Positions 52,269 to 62,541 of a DNA stretch of 64,000 bases are shown one piece after another; positions within the stretch are counted from its first letter, which is position 1; every line of letters begins with the position of its first letter. The stretch is taken from contig JBKJYH010000046.1 of the NCBI GenBank assembly GCA_046715765.1, positions 9 through 64,008 of the forward strand, given 5' to 3'. The position numbers and the translations under genes are program-made. Source of the DNA: Candidatus Limnocylindria bacterium. Its GTDB lineage: Bacteria; Chloroflexota; Limnocylindria; QHBO01. Under the pieces are notes generated by a model, which made no database searches, was not told where the DNA came from, and worked only from the letters and a program-made list of their open reading frames with translations.

Positions 52269-52291
52269 CTCGTTCGCGTGCGAGGTGGGTT

Positions 52292-53419
52292 GTGAACCGG
52301 GACTTCATCGGCGCCCTGCTCCAGTTGAACGCCGAGAAGGGCGTGCCGCAGGAGATCCTCATCCAGACGCTCGAGCAGGCCATTGAGTCCGCCTATCGAC
52401 GCAATGCCGACGCGGCCGAGAACGTCGTCGTCAAGGTCGACCCCGAGAGCGGGCAGATCAGCGTCTACCGCGAGTACGAGGTCGTGGCCACACCCGAGGA
52501 GGTCACCGACGCCGAGTTGCAGATGCTCGTTGCCGATGCGCAGAAATTTGATCCGAGCACCGGCGTGGGCGGCCGCGTCCGGGTCCCGGAGAACGTGACC
52601 CAAGCCCAGCTTGGACGAATCGCGGCCCAGACCGCGGCTCAGGTCTACCGGCAGCGCCTGCGCGAGGCCGAGCGCGACGTCGTCTACGGCCAGTACATCA
52701 GCCGAGAAGGCGAGATCATGACCGGGGTGGTGCACCGCACCACCGACCAGGCGGTCGTCCTCGACATGGGCAAGGGCGTCGAAGCGGTGCTGGCGGTCAG
52801 CGAGCAACTCGCCGGCGAACACTACCGCATCGGGCAGCACCTCAAGATCTACGTCCTCGAGGTCCGACGAACGCCGCGCGGCCCGGTCCTGGTGGTGAGC
52901 CGCACCCATCGAGGCTTTTTGCGGCGCCTGATGGAGATGGAGATCCCCGAGATCTACAACGGCACGGTCGTCATCCGTGGCATCGCCCGAGAGGCCGGCA
53001 GCCGCTCGAAGGTCGCCGTGGAAAGCCGCCAGCCGGGAGTCGATGCCAAGGGCGCCGCGGTCGGACAGCGCGGTTCGCGGATCCAGGCGATCGTGGCTGA
53101 ACTCAACAACGAGAAGGTCGACGTCGTGCTCTGGAATGACGATCCGGGCCAATATGTCGCAGAGGCCCTGTCGCCGGCCGAGGTCATCACCGTGCGCATC
53201 GACGAGGAACACAAGATCGCCAACGTCGTCGTCCCCGAACGCCAGCTGTCGCTCGCGATCGGCAAGGAAGGGCAGAACGCGCGGCTGGCGGCCAAGCTGA
53301 CCGGATGGCGGATCGACATTCGGTCTGATGCGGGGATTGCGACCGCCGCAGCGCACGGCGGATCGCGTGGCGACGAAGCTACGCTGGAGGCACCGGCAGA
53401 TGCCGAAGCGACATCCTGA
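52292..53419 (+). CDS. nusA: transcription termination/antitermination factor NusA
   Basis: N-terminal domain, S1 domain and two KH domains. Confidence 0.9.
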   Translation: MNRDFIGALLQLNAEKGVPQEILIQTLEQAIESAYRRNADAAENVVVKVDPESGQISVYREYEVVATPEEVTDAELQMLVADAQKFDPSTGVGGRVRVPENVTQAQLGRIAAQTAAQVYRQRLREAERDVVYGQYISREGEIMTGVVHRTTDQAVVLDMGKGVEAVLAVSEQLAGEHYRIGQHLKIYVLEVRRTPRGPVLVVSRTHRGFLRRLMEMEIPEIYNGTVVIRGIAREAGSRSKVAVESRQPGVDAKGAAVGQRGSRIQAIVAELNNEKVDVVLWNDDPGQYVAEALSPAEVITVRIDEEHKIANVVVPERQLSLAIGKEGQNARLAAKLTGWRIDIRSDAGIATAAAHGGSRGDEATLEAPADAEATS

Positions 53420-53672
53420 GCGCCAGCCGCAACGCAGCTGCGCCGTTTGCCGGCGCGTCTCGGACAAGCGGGCGATGACCCGATTCGTGCGCGGGGTGGA
53501 TGGCGAGGTCAGCGTCGACCGCAGCGGGCGCGCCAACGGGCGCGGCACGTACCTGTGCGACGACGCTGCCTGCGGTGAGCCGGCCCGACTCGCCGATGGG
53601 GTTGGGCGCGCGCTCGGCGTGCGCCTGACCGTTGGGTCGCTGACGATCGAGGTGAGCGATGCCACCGCGTAG
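53400..53672 (+). CDS. ylxR: YlxR-family (DUF448) RNA-binding protein
   Basis: [19 protein letters not shown]...GRGTYLC.. motif. Overlaps the nusA 3' end as in other bacteria. Confidence 0.75.
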   Translation: MPKRHPERQPQRSCAVCRRVSDKRAMTRFVRGVDGEVSVDRSGRANGRGTYLCDDAACGEPARLADGVGRALGVRLTVGSLTIEVSDATA

Positions 53673-55560
53673 ATACCTGCCTCGCAAACCCCCGCGCCCC
53701 CCGCGCCGGCGCGCCAGCCCGGTTATCGGAACCGCGGCCGAGGCGGCCGCCGTGATTCGTCCCGCCGGCGCCGTCGAGTTGCCCTCCACCGTATCGGTCA
53801 AGGACCTGTCCGAGACGCTCGGGGTCAGTTATGCCGATGTGATCAAGGAGCTCATCCGCAACGGCATCTTTGCGTCGATCAACCAGTCGATCGAGTTCGA
53901 CACTGCGGCATTGGTCGCGGGCGAGCTGGGATTCGAGACGATTGAGCGCGGTGCCGCCGCGCGAGCCGCAGCGGCGAGCGGCGAGTCGGCCGAGATCATG
54001 GCCCCCGGAGCCGACGAGAATGGGACCGGTCGCGCACGGCTCTGGAGCGAGGACAGCCCTGCCGACCTGGTCACTCGTGCCCCGGTCGTGACGATCATGG
54101 GGCATGTCGACCACGGCAAGACCAGCCTACTTGATGCCATCCGCAGCACGAAGGTCGCCGCAGGCGAGGCCGGCGGGATCACGCAGCACATTGGGGCGTC
54201 CGAGGCCGTCCATAACGGCCGGCGGATCGTCTTCCTGGACACCCCCGGCCACGAGGCATTTACGGCGATGCGAGCCCGCGGTGCGCAGGTCACCGACATC
54301 GCGATCCTGGTGGTGGCCGCCGACGACGGGGTGATGCCGCAGACCAAGGAGGCGATCGATCACGTTCGCGCCGCCCGGGTGCCGATGATCGTGGCCATCA
54401 ACAAGGTGGACAAGGCGGACGCCAACCCGGATCGAGTCAAGCAGGAGTTGGCCGACAACAAGGTCCTGATCGAGGAGTTCGGCGGCGACGTCATTGCTGT
54501 TCCGGTCTCCGCCAAGCAGAAGACCGGGATCGAGGACCTGATGGAGATGGTCCTGCTGGTCGCCGACCTGCAGGACCTCAAGGCCAACCCTGGGCGCGCG
54601 GCGATCGGTACGATCATCGAATCCAGGGTGGACAAGGGGCGCGGCAACGTGGCCACCGTCCTGGTCCAGACCGGCACCCTGCGGGTCGGTGACATCGTCG
54701 CGGCCGGCCAGGCATCGGGCAAGGTGAGAGCCCTGGAGAATGCCGCCGGGAAACGCGTGCGTGCCGCGGAGCCGGCGACCGCGGTCGAGATCCTGGGCTT
54801 GTCGGACCTGCCCCAAGCTGGCGACATCCTGCGCGTCGTGCCCGACGAGAAGTCGGCGCGCGAACTGGCGGAGGCGGCCCGCGTGGGTTGGTTGGGCGAG
54901 GGGCGGGGTGGCTCAACCCTCGAGGAGATCTCGGCCCAGATCGGCGCCGCCGAGGTCAAGGAGCTGCGCGTGGTGCTCAAGACCGACTTCCAGGGTTCCC
55001 TCGGTGCCATCCGTCACGCCCTCGAACGCCTGAACACGTCCGAGGTGCGTATCAACATCCTGCGCGAGGGAGCCGGCGACATCAACGAATCGGATGTGTT
55101 GCTGGCGTCCGCATCGAACGCGGTGGTGATCGGATTCAACACCAAGCCCGACCCCGGAGCCCAACGCTCGGTCGAGGCCTCCGGGGTGGACGTTCGGCTG
55201 TATGAGGTGATCTACAAGCTCACCGATGACCTGGCCGCCGCCATGACCGGGATGCTCGCGCCCAAGATGGTCGAGCAGGTCGAGGGGCATGCCGAGGTTC
55301 GACTGGTGATCAAGGCGGGCAAGGCGGGCAACGTCGCGGGTTCATACGTGATCGACGGACGAATCGTCCGCGGAGCGCCGATCCGGCTGCTCCGCGCCGG
55401 GAAGCAGATCGCGGAGGGGCGGGTCGAGTCGCTCAAGCGCTTCAAGGAGGACGTCCGTGAAGTGGCCACCGGCTTCGAATGCGGGATCGGGATCGGCAAC
55501 CTGGAGCTGACCGAGGGCGACGTGATCGAGTGCTTCCAGATGGTGGCGCAGCAGGCGTAG
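53659..55560 (+). CDS. infB: translation initiation factor IF-2 (short form, Pro/Arg-rich N-terminus)
   Basis: G domain ([21 protein letters not shown]) plus C-terminal beta-barrels. Confidence 0.9.
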   Translation: MPPRRYLPRKPPRPPRRRASPVIGTAAEAAAVIRPAGAVELPSTVSVKDLSETLGVSYADVIKELIRNGIFASINQSIEFDTAALVAGELGFETIERGAAARAAAASGESAEIMAPGADENGTGRARLWSEDSPADLVTRAPVVTIMGHVDHGKTSLLDAIRSTKVAAGEAGGITQHIGASEAVHNGRRIVFLDTPGHEAFTAMRARGAQVTDIAILVVAADDGVMPQTKEAIDHVRAARVPMIVAINKVDKADANPDRVKQELADNKVLIEEFGGDVIAVPVSAKQKTGIEDLMEMVLLVADLQDLKANPGRAAIGTIIESRVDKGRGNVATVLVQTGTLRVGDIVAAGQASGKVRALENAAGKRVRAAEPATAVEILGLSDLPQAGDILRVVPDEKSARELAEAARVGWLGEGRGGSTLEEISAQIGAAEVKELRVVLKTDFQGSLGAIRHALERLNTSEVRINILREGAGDINESDVLLASASNAVVIGFNTKPDPGAQRSVEASGVDVRLYEVIYKLTDDLAAAMTGMLAPKMVEQVEGHAEVRLVIKAGKAGNVAGSYVIDGRIVRGAPIRLLRAGKQIAEGRVESLKRFKEDVREVATGFECGIGIGNLELTEGDVIECFQMVAQQA

Positions 55561-55567
55561 CCGGCTG

Positions 55568-55912
55568 ATGAGCCAGCGCACCGACCGCCTGGACAGTCAG
55601 ATCCAGCAGGAGCTGATGGATCTCCTGCACCGCCAGATGAAGGATCCTCGGCTCGGATTCGCGACCATCACCCGGGTCGAAACCGCCCGCGACCTTGGTC
55701 ATGCAACGGTGTGGGTCAGCGTGCTGGGCGACGTCAGCCAACGGGACGACACCATCGAGGCGCTTCGTGGTGCGGCAGGCTGGTTGCGCCGCCAGCTGGC
55801 CGAGCGACTGAGCCTGCGACACGTGCCCGAACTGCAGATCCGACATGACGATTCCATCGAGTCCGGCGATCGGGTATTGCGCATCCTGCGCGAACTGGAG
55901 GAACCCGAATGA
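55568..55912 (+). CDS. rbfA: ribosome-binding factor A
   Basis: KH-like fold sequence (RVETARDLGHATVWVSVLGD). Confidence 0.9.
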   Translation: MSQRTDRLDSQIQQELMDLLHRQMKDPRLGFATITRVETARDLGHATVWVSVLGDVSQRDDTIEALRGAAGWLRRQLAERLSLRHVPELQIRHDDSIESGDRVLRILRELEEPE

Positions 55913-56886
55913 GGCAGGTTGCCGACGCACTCCGCTCGGCACAGCGGGTGACCGCGTTCTGCCACGAGAACCCCGATGCCGATACGCTCGGCGCCGCGAT
56001 CGCGATCTCGATCATCGCCGAGCGGTTGGGCAAGCCTGCGGAAGTCGTGAGCGGCGACATTCCACCACCGTTTCTGGCGTCATTGCCGCGCATCGATCGC
56101 GTGCGCCGCGCCCCGGAACTGGAGCCGGACCTGGCGGTTGTCCTGGACGCGGGTGACCTGTCCCGCATCGGGCTCCCGTATCGCGCCAACGCGGACTGGC
56201 TGGCTCGCGCCACGCTGGTGAACATCGATCACCACGTCAGCAATCCGGGCTATGGCTCGATCGTCTGGATTGACCCGGCGGCGGCGGCCACCTGCGAGAT
56301 GGTGGCGCTGCTCCTGCCCGAAGTCGGCATCCAGCTCGACGCCGAGTTGGCGACCGCCCTACTGGCGGGGATCGTGCAGGACACGCACACCTTTGCCCAT
56401 CCCAACGCCACGCCCCGCACCCTGCGGGTGACTGCCGAACTGGTGGAGGCCGGCGCCAACCTGGCGGCTGCCAATCGCGCAATCTACGCCGACAAGCCGT
56501 TCACGACGCTGGCCCTGTGGGGCCAGATGCTGGGTGGCGTCTCGCAACTGGCCGGCGGGCGGATCGTCCACGCCTCGATGACCCTGGCGATGCTCAAGAG
56601 CGCTGGCGAGCAGCCGTCGGCCGCCGAGGGGTTCGTCGACCTGCTCGGGATCACCCGCCTGGCCGACCTGAACGTGCTGTTCAAGGAGGTCGGGCCCGCC
56701 GAGACCCGGGTAAGCCTGCGGACCAGCGCGCGCGCTGACGCGGTGGCGGTGGCCGCAGAATTCGGGGGTGGCGGACACTCCCGCGCTTCGGGCTGCACCG
56801 TGGCCGAGTCGATCGACCGCGCCAGGGAGCTGGTCCTGGCAGCCTGCGAACGTGAACTGGCGCGCTCCGATGCTCGGAGTCATTAA
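55909..56886 (+). CDS. nrnA: DHH/DHHA1 family phosphoesterase (NrnA-like oligoribonuclease / pAp phosphatase)
   Basis: HENPDADTLG, DHH motif (NIDHHVSN), GGGH DHHA1 motif. Confidence 0.8.
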   Translation: MRQVADALRSAQRVTAFCHENPDADTLGAAIAISIIAERLGKPAEVVSGDIPPPFLASLPRIDRVRRAPELEPDLAVVLDAGDLSRIGLPYRANADWLARATLVNIDHHVSNPGYGSIVWIDPAAAATCEMVALLLPEVGIQLDAELATALLAGIVQDTHTFAHPNATPRTLRVTAELVEAGANLAAANRAIYADKPFTTLALWGQMLGGVSQLAGGRIVHASMTLAMLKSAGEQPSAAEGFVDLLGITRLADLNVLFKEVGPAETRVSLRTSARADAVAVAAEFGGGGHSRASGCTVAESIDRARELVLAACERELARSDARSH

Positions 56887-57760
56887 CCTCGACAAGCCGG
56901 TCGGCCCTACCTCGCACGACATGGTGGGACTCTTGCGGAGGCTGACCGCCACGCGTCGGATCGGGCATGCCGGCACGCTGGACCCCATGGCGTCGGGCGT
57001 TCTCCCCATCCTGATCGGAGCGGCAACCCGCTTCAGCCAGGAACTGACCGGGTCGGCCAAGCGCTACGAGGCCGTGATCCGACTGGGCTGGCGATCGGCG
57101 ACCGATGACGCCGAGGGCCCACTCAGCCCGGGCGGCCGCCCACTGCCCTCACCAGAGGGAGCCGCAACGGCGCTGGCGGGCTTCGTGGGCGCAATTGACC
57201 AACGACCCCCGGACTACTCCGCGAGAAAGGTGGCCGGCCGCGCCGCTCACCGCCTTGCGCGGTCGGGGCAGCAGCCCGACCTGGCAACCCACCGGGTCCA
57301 GGTCGATGCGATCGACCTGTTGGGCACGGAGCGCGGCGAGGACTGGCTTGACCTGCGCGTGGACATCCGCTGCGGTCCGGGAACCTACATCCGCGCGATC
57401 GCGCGTGACCTCGGCGAGCGGATGGGTTGCGGCGGACACCTGAGTGGGCTGCGGCGCACCGAGGCAGCGGGCCTCGCGGTGGCAGCGGCCAGCACGCCGA
57501 GCGCGCTTGAAGCGCTCGCCTCGGCAGGCAGGCTGGCCGAGGCCCTGATACCGCTCAGCGGCCTGTTGAAGATGCCCAGGCTCGATCTGAGCGATGAGGA
57601 TGCGGGTCGGTTCCGACACGGTGCCATGAGCCGGCTTCCGGACGGGACGGCGGACGGTCGCTACGCGGTCTACCTCGGTGAGCACCTGTGTGGGGTCGGC
57701 GATGCCGCGGCGGGGCTGCTACACCCCGACAAGGTGATGCCAGCGCCGGGCGAGGCGTGA
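56870..57760 (+). CDS. truB: tRNA pseudouridine(55) synthase
   Basis: GVINLDKPVGPTSHD..GHAGTLDPMASGVLPI catalytic motif. ATG 56870 overlaps the nrnA end. Confidence 0.9.
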   Translation: MLGVINLDKPVGPTSHDMVGLLRRLTATRRIGHAGTLDPMASGVLPILIGAATRFSQELTGSAKRYEAVIRLGWRSATDDAEGPLSPGGRPLPSPEGAATALAGFVGAIDQRPPDYSARKVAGRAAHRLARSGQQPDLATHRVQVDAIDLLGTERGEDWLDLRVDIRCGPGTYIRAIARDLGERMGCGGHLSGLRRTEAAGLAVAAASTPSALEALASAGRLAEALIPLSGLLKMPRLDLSDEDAGRFRHGAMSRLPDGTADGRYAVYLGEHLCGVGDAAAGLLHPDKVMPAPGEA

Positions 57761-58695
57761 CCAGTCGAGTCGGTCGGCTGTCGTCCATCCCGCAGGTGGG
57801 GCCGGCGGTAGTGACGATGGGGGTCTTCGACGGCGTGCACCTGGGGCATCGTCGCCTCCTCGAGGCCACCCGTGAGGCGGCGCGGCGACTGCGAGTCGCG
57901 AGCGTCGCCCTGGTCTTCGATCCACACCCGGACCAGGTCCTGCATCCCGGAACCGTCGTGCCGCGCCTGGCACCGCTCGGCGAGAACCTGCGCCGGATCC
58001 GCGCGGCCGGGGTTGCTCACGCCGTGCCGATCCGCTTCGACGAAGGACTGCGGAGCATGTCGGCGGAGGAGTTCATCGCCGGGATGGCCCCCCGGATCCA
58101 GTTGCGGGGACTGGTGATGACTCCCGCCAGCGCCTTTGGGCGCGGAAGGGGTGGCACCCCGGCGCGGATGCGCGAACTCGGAGAGGCAGCTGAGTTCGAG
58201 GTGATCGAGGTCGAGCCGATGGTCATCGATGGGCAACCCGTCTCGTCCTCGCTCCTGCGGGTAGCCCTTGCATCCGGCGACATCAGCCGCCTGAGGCGAA
58301 GCGGTGGAATCCCATACCTGGAGGGGACGGTGGTCCACGGCGACGGTCGGGGGCGGACGCTCGGCTTCCCGACCGCCAACTTGGCCTTCGATTACGCGGC
58401 GCTCCTGCCGCCGTACGGCGTGTGGGTGGCACGCGCCCGGATCGTGACGGGCGCTTCGGCGCTGGATCGGCCGGCCGTGGTCAGCATCGGGACCCGGCCG
58501 ACCTTCCACTCCGGAGGGCGGGTGGTGGTCGAGGCTCACCTGCTGGACGGTCCCCTCGACCTCTACGGAACACGCCTCGGCGTGGAGTTGGTCGAGTTTC
58601 TGCGCGAAGAGCGAACGTTCGGCTCCCCAGCCGAGTTGGTGACCCAGATGCGCCAGGACGTGGAAATGGGACGCGCTGCACTGGAGCGTGCCTGA
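57757..58695 (+). CDS. ribF: bifunctional riboflavin kinase / FAD synthetase
   Basis: [10 protein letters not shown] nucleotidyltransferase motif; C-terminal riboflavin kinase ([11 protein letters not shown]). GTGA overlap with truB. Confidence 0.9.
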   Translation: MTSRVGRLSSIPQVGPAVVTMGVFDGVHLGHRRLLEATREAARRLRVASVALVFDPHPDQVLHPGTVVPRLAPLGENLRRIRAAGVAHAVPIRFDEGLRSMSAEEFIAGMAPRIQLRGLVMTPASAFGRGRGGTPARMRELGEAAEFEVIEVEPMVIDGQPVSSSLLRVALASGDISRLRRSGGIPYLEGTVVHGDGRGRTLGFPTANLAFDYAALLPPYGVWVARARIVTGASALDRPAVVSIGTRPTFHSGGRVVVEAHLLDGPLDLYGTRLGVELVEFLREERTFGSPAELVTQMRQDVEMGRAALERA

Positions 58696-58762
58696 GCCTG
58701 GGCCACGCTGGAGTGGGCCGTCTGGTACCATCGCGGCGACACGAAAGGGAATGGAGGAATAC

Positions 58763-59032
58763 GTGGCGCTCGCCAAGGACGCGAAGAGCGCGACCGTCGA
58801 GGAGTACGCAACTCACGACGGCGACACCGGATCCCCAGAGGTGCAGATCGCGCTCTTGACCGAGCGGATCACATCCCTGACGGACCACTTGCGCAACTTT
58901 CCCAACGACAACCACTCTCGCCGCGGCCTGCTCAAGTTGGTTGGCCAGCGCCGCCGTCTGCTCGCCTACCTGGTCCGGACCGATATCGACCGCTATCGAA
59001 CGGTCATCGGTCGACTGGGCCTGCGCCGCTGA
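58763..59032 (+). CDS. rpsO: 30S ribosomal protein S15
   Basis: ..[23 protein letters not shown]..; 89-aa form from GTG 58763 with GGAGG RBS (alternative ATG 58751). Confidence 0.85.
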   Translation: MALAKDAKSATVEEYATHDGDTGSPEVQIALLTERITSLTDHLRNFPNDNHSRRGLLKLVGQRRRLLAYLVRTDIDRYRTVIGRLGLRR

Positions 59033-59054
59033 GACGGATTCACCACTCAGACTT

Positions 59055-59076
59055 CGGACGACGTTCGTCGTCCGCC
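59055..59076 (+). promoter_or_regulatory. stable hairpin in the rpsO-pnp intergenic leader (putative RNase III processing site / rpsO terminator)
   Basis: GGACGAC-gttc-GTCGTCC perfect stem immediately after the rpsO stop, with no U-tract. Confidence 0.4.
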
Positions 59077-59167
59077 ATCCATCTCTGCGGCCTGCGCGCC
59101 GCGCTTGCCGATGCCGGAGTGACATCACGACGCATCCGCTGAGCGCCTGGCAGACCAGACCCGCCGC

Positions 59168-61813
59168 ATGACACACACGGAGGAACCTGTGGCAATCAAG
59201 GTAGAGGCCGAAATCGGCGGTAAGCCATTCTCGTTCGAGGCTGGCAAACTGGCCGAGCAGGCCGATGGAGCAGTCCTGGTGCGCTACGGCGACACCGTCC
59301 TGCTCGCCACCGCGGTCAGCGCGGACCCGCGCGAGGGGATCGACTTCTTCCCCCTGACCGTGGACTACGAGGAGCGCATGTACGCCGCGGGCAAGATCCC
59401 CGGCGGCTTCATCAAGCGCGAGTCGCGCCCGTCGGAGGCGGCCATCCTGGCAATGCGCCTGACCGACCGGCCGATTCGCCCGCTCTTCCCCAAGGGCTAC
59501 AAGAACGACGTCCAGATCGTGCTCACCGTGCTGTCGGCCGACCAGGAGAACGACCCCGATATCCTCGCCATCAACGGTGCCTCTGCGGCTTTGACCGTGA
59601 GCAGTATCCCGTTCGAAGGTCCAGTCGGCGCGGTGCGGGTCGGCTACATCGATGGCGCGTTTGTCACCAATCCGACGAACACCCAGCTCGACGAGAGCCA
59701 GCTCGACCTGGTGGTCGCCGGGACGCGGCAGGCAGTGATGATGGTCGAGGCCGGCGCCAAGATCCTGCCCGAGACGTTGATGGCCGACGCGATTGCCTAT
59801 GGCCACGCCGAGCTCCAGCACAGCATCGACCTCCAGCTCAAGTTGGCGGCCGGCGCCGGCAAGGCCAAGCGCCTGCCGTTCCTCGGCCCCAAGGCCGATT
59901 CGGTCGTCAAGCTTGGTGCGGCGCTGGCCGGCGGCAAGGCCGAGTTCGTGGTCTTCGACGTCGAGACGACCGCCTTGAAGCCGGAGAACGGCTACATCGT
60001 GGATATCGCCGCCCTGCGCGTGAAGGATGGCAAGGTCGTCGACCGGTTCGAGTCGATGGTCAACCCGGGCCGCTCGATCATCGGGCACCAGGTTCACGGC
60101 CTGTCAGACGCCGACGTGGCCGACGCGCCGACTGCGGCCGAGGTGCTGCCCCGCTTCGCGAAGTGGGTCGGCGATGCCGCGCTCGTGGCGCACAACATCT
60201 CGTTCGACCTGCCCTTCCTGCTGCGGCACATGCCCAACGACGAGAAGTGGGCACCCGGCGCGGTCTTCGACACCCTGGAGCTGGCGTATCAGCTGTACCC
60301 CGATGCGGGAAGCTACAAGCTGGGCGACCTGATTCGGTTCGTGTTCGATCGCGACCACGCCGCGGCGCACCGGGCCATGCCCGATACGCAGGCCACCGCC
60401 GACCTGTTCATTGACCTGACCGAAGGGCTCTCGGCGCGACTCGACGCCGTCCGCAAGGACATCGCCGACGAAGTGCGCCGGGCGCGCAACGACTACAACC
60501 GCTCAGCGCAGGGCGATCAACTCGAGGACGTGCGACGCCGGCATGGGATCGGCGCCGCGCTGATGGACGTGCTGACCAAGACGACCGTCCGCGAGTTGGT
60601 GCTGTCCGAGGGGATCCGGATCGACGGTCGCGACCTGACCACGGTCCGCCCGATCTCGGTTGAGGTCGGGATTCTGCCTCGGACGCACGGCTCGGGACTC
60701 TTCACCCGCGGCCAGACCCAGGCGCTCTCGATCGCCACGCTCGGTCCGGGCAGCGACGTGCAGCGGCTCGACACCATCTCGCCCGAGACGGAGAAGCGCT
60801 ACCTCCACCACTACAACTTCCCGCCGTACTCGGTCGGCGAGGCACGCCCGATGCGCGGCCCCGGCCGCCGCGAGATTGGCCACGGCGCACTGGCCGAGCG
60901 GGCGCTGCTGCCGGTGCTGCCGAGCGTCGAGGAGTTCCCGTACACCATCCGGGTGGTCAGCGAGGTCGTCTCGTCCAACGGATCGACCAGCATGGCCAGC
61001 ACCTGCGGCAGCACGCTGGCGCTGATGGATGCGGGCGTGCCGATCAAGGCACCGGTCGCCGGCGCGGCGATGGGCCTGATCACCGATCCGGCCAGTGGAC
61101 GCCACGCGGTCCTCACCGACATCACTGGCAAGGAAGACGCCTACGGTGACATGGACTTCAAGGTCGCCGGCACCGCGGAAGGCGTGACCGCCCTCCAGAT
61201 GGACATCAAGGTTCAGGGCATCACCATCGAGGTGATGCGCGACGCGCTGGAGCAGGCCAGGGTGGCCCGCCTCCACATTCTGGGCAAGATGACCGAGGTG
61301 ATCAGCGCGAGTCGGAGCGACCTCAGTCCGTTCGCACCACGGATCACGACCATCAAGATCCCGGTCGACAAGATCCGCGATGTCATCGGTGCCGGCGGGA
61401 AGGTGATCCGCCAGATCACGGCCGAGACCGGAACCCAGATCAATGTCGAGGACGATGGCACGATCCAGATCGCCGCGACCAGTGGCGAGGCCGCCCAGAA
61501 GGCGATCCGCTGGATCGAGGGCCTGACCAAGGATGTCGAAGTCGGCAAGGAATACCTCGGCAAGGTCACGCGAATCATGAATTTTGGGGCCTTCGTCGAG
61601 ATCCTTCCCGGCAAAGAGGGGCTGGTCCACATCAGCCAGTTGGCCGACTTCCGGGTTGCCCGGGTCGAGGACGTGGTCTCCATCGGCGATGAGCTGATGG
61701 TGATCGTGACCGAGATCGACCGCATGGGCCGCGTCAACCTGAGCCGCCGCGCGGCAATGGAGCGCCACATGGCCAAGGCCGGAAGCGGCAGCGGCGGCGG
61801 CGAGCAGTCCTAG
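59168..61813 (+). CDS. pnp: polynucleotide phosphorylase with an inserted DnaQ-like DEDDh 3'-5' exonuclease domain (about aa 258-420)
   Basis: Two RNase PH domains, KH and S1 domains in a single 881-aa ORF. Exo I FDVETT, Exo [13 protein letters not shown] and Exo III HRAMPD motifs sit in the linker. Start may be GTG 59189 (RBS GGAGGA). Confidence 0.85.
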   Translation: MTHTEEPVAIKVEAEIGGKPFSFEAGKLAEQADGAVLVRYGDTVLLATAVSADPREGIDFFPLTVDYEERMYAAGKIPGGFIKRESRPSEAAILAMRLTDRPIRPLFPKGYKNDVQIVLTVLSADQENDPDILAINGASAALTVSSIPFEGPVGAVRVGYIDGAFVTNPTNTQLDESQLDLVVAGTRQAVMMVEAGAKILPETLMADAIAYGHAELQHSIDLQLKLAAGAGKAKRLPFLGPKADSVVKLGAALAGGKAEFVVFDVETTALKPENGYIVDIAALRVKDGKVVDRFESMVNPGRSIIGHQVHGLSDADVADAPTAAEVLPRFAKWVGDAALVAHNISFDLPFLLRHMPNDEKWAPGAVFDTLELAYQLYPDAGSYKLGDLIRFVFDRDHAAAHRAMPDTQATADLFIDLTEGLSARLDAVRKDIADEVRRARNDYNRSAQGDQLEDVRRRHGIGAALMDVLTKTTVRELVLSEGIRIDGRDLTTVRPISVEVGILPRTHGSGLFTRGQTQALSIATLGPGSDVQRLDTISPETEKRYLHHYNFPPYSVGEARPMRGPGRREIGHGALAERALLPVLPSVEEFPYTIRVVSEVVSSNGSTSMASTCGSTLALMDAGVPIKAPVAGAAMGLITDPASGRHAVLTDITGKEDAYGDMDFKVAGTAEGVTALQMDIKVQGITIEVMRDALEQARVARLHILGKMTEVISASRSDLSPFAPRITTIKIPVDKIRDVIGAGGKVIRQITAETGTQINVEDDGTIQIAATSGEAAQKAIRWIEGLTKDVEVGKEYLGKVTRIMNFGAFVEILPGKEGLVHISQLADFRVARVEDVVSIGDELMVIVTEIDRMGRVNLSRRAAMERHMAKAGSGSGGGEQS

Positions 61814-61861
61814 GCCGATGGCGCCGCCGCACCTCGCGGCGGCGCTGTACCCTCGTGGCCG

Positions 61862-62533
61862 ATGGGCAGCGAGGCGCTCCTGGCGCAGATCGCGGACGAG
61901 GTCCGTGGCTGCACTCGCTGCGCCCTCGCCAGAGGGCGAACGAAGACGGTCCCCGGCGAGGGGAACGTCCTGAGTGACGTCCTCCTCGTTGGCGAGGGAC
62001 CCGGAGCGCGCGAGGATGCCACGGGCCGGCCGTTCGTCGGTCCGGCCGGCGAGCTGCTGACCGAGCTCCTGCAGGCGATCGGCTGGCGGCGCGGGGACGT
62101 CTTCATCACCAACGTGGTCAAGTGCCGGCCGCCGGGCAATCGCGACCCGGAGCCGATCGAGATCAGCGCGTGTGGCGGCTACCTCGATCAGCAGGAGCGC
62201 GCGCTCGACCCGGCTGTCGTGGTCACCCTCGGGCGCCACTCACTGCAGCGCTACCTCCCCGGTGCCCGGATCGGGGCCGTCCACGGCCGCATGCGTCGCT
62301 CGTACACCGGCCAGCACGTGTTCCCGATGTACCATCCAGCAGCGGCGCTGCACCAGGCCTCGCTGCGCGAGACGCTGTTCCGCGACATCCGTGGCCTGCC
62401 GGCGGCGCTGCTGGATGCGCGTCAGGCGCTCGCTGACGGGCGAACGGCCGCGATCCAGGTTGAGGAGGCTGCGATGGTCGGGGTGACCGAGCTTGCGCAT
62501 GCCGACGACGCCGAACAGATGACTCTCTTCTAG
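61862..62533 (+). CDS. udg: uracil-DNA glycosylase, family 4
   Basis: GEGPGAREDATGRPFVGPAG motif and the Fe-S Cys pattern (C..C...C). Confidence 0.85.
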   Translation: MGSEALLAQIADEVRGCTRCALARGRTKTVPGEGNVLSDVLLVGEGPGAREDATGRPFVGPAGELLTELLQAIGWRRGDVFITNVVKCRPPGNRDPEPIEISACGGYLDQQERALDPAVVVTLGRHSLQRYLPGARIGAVHGRMRRSYTGQHVFPMYHPAAALHQASLRETLFRDIRGLPAALLDARQALADGRTAAIQVEEAAMVGVTELAHADDAEQMTLF

Positions 62534-62541
62534 GAGCTCCC

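Noticed and set aside
59939-60428. The PNPase insert as an intein or mobile insertion
   Set aside because: No intein splicing motifs (C/S...HN) are present. The segment has clear DEDDh exonuclease motifs and in-frame continuity, so it is treated as a domain insertion.
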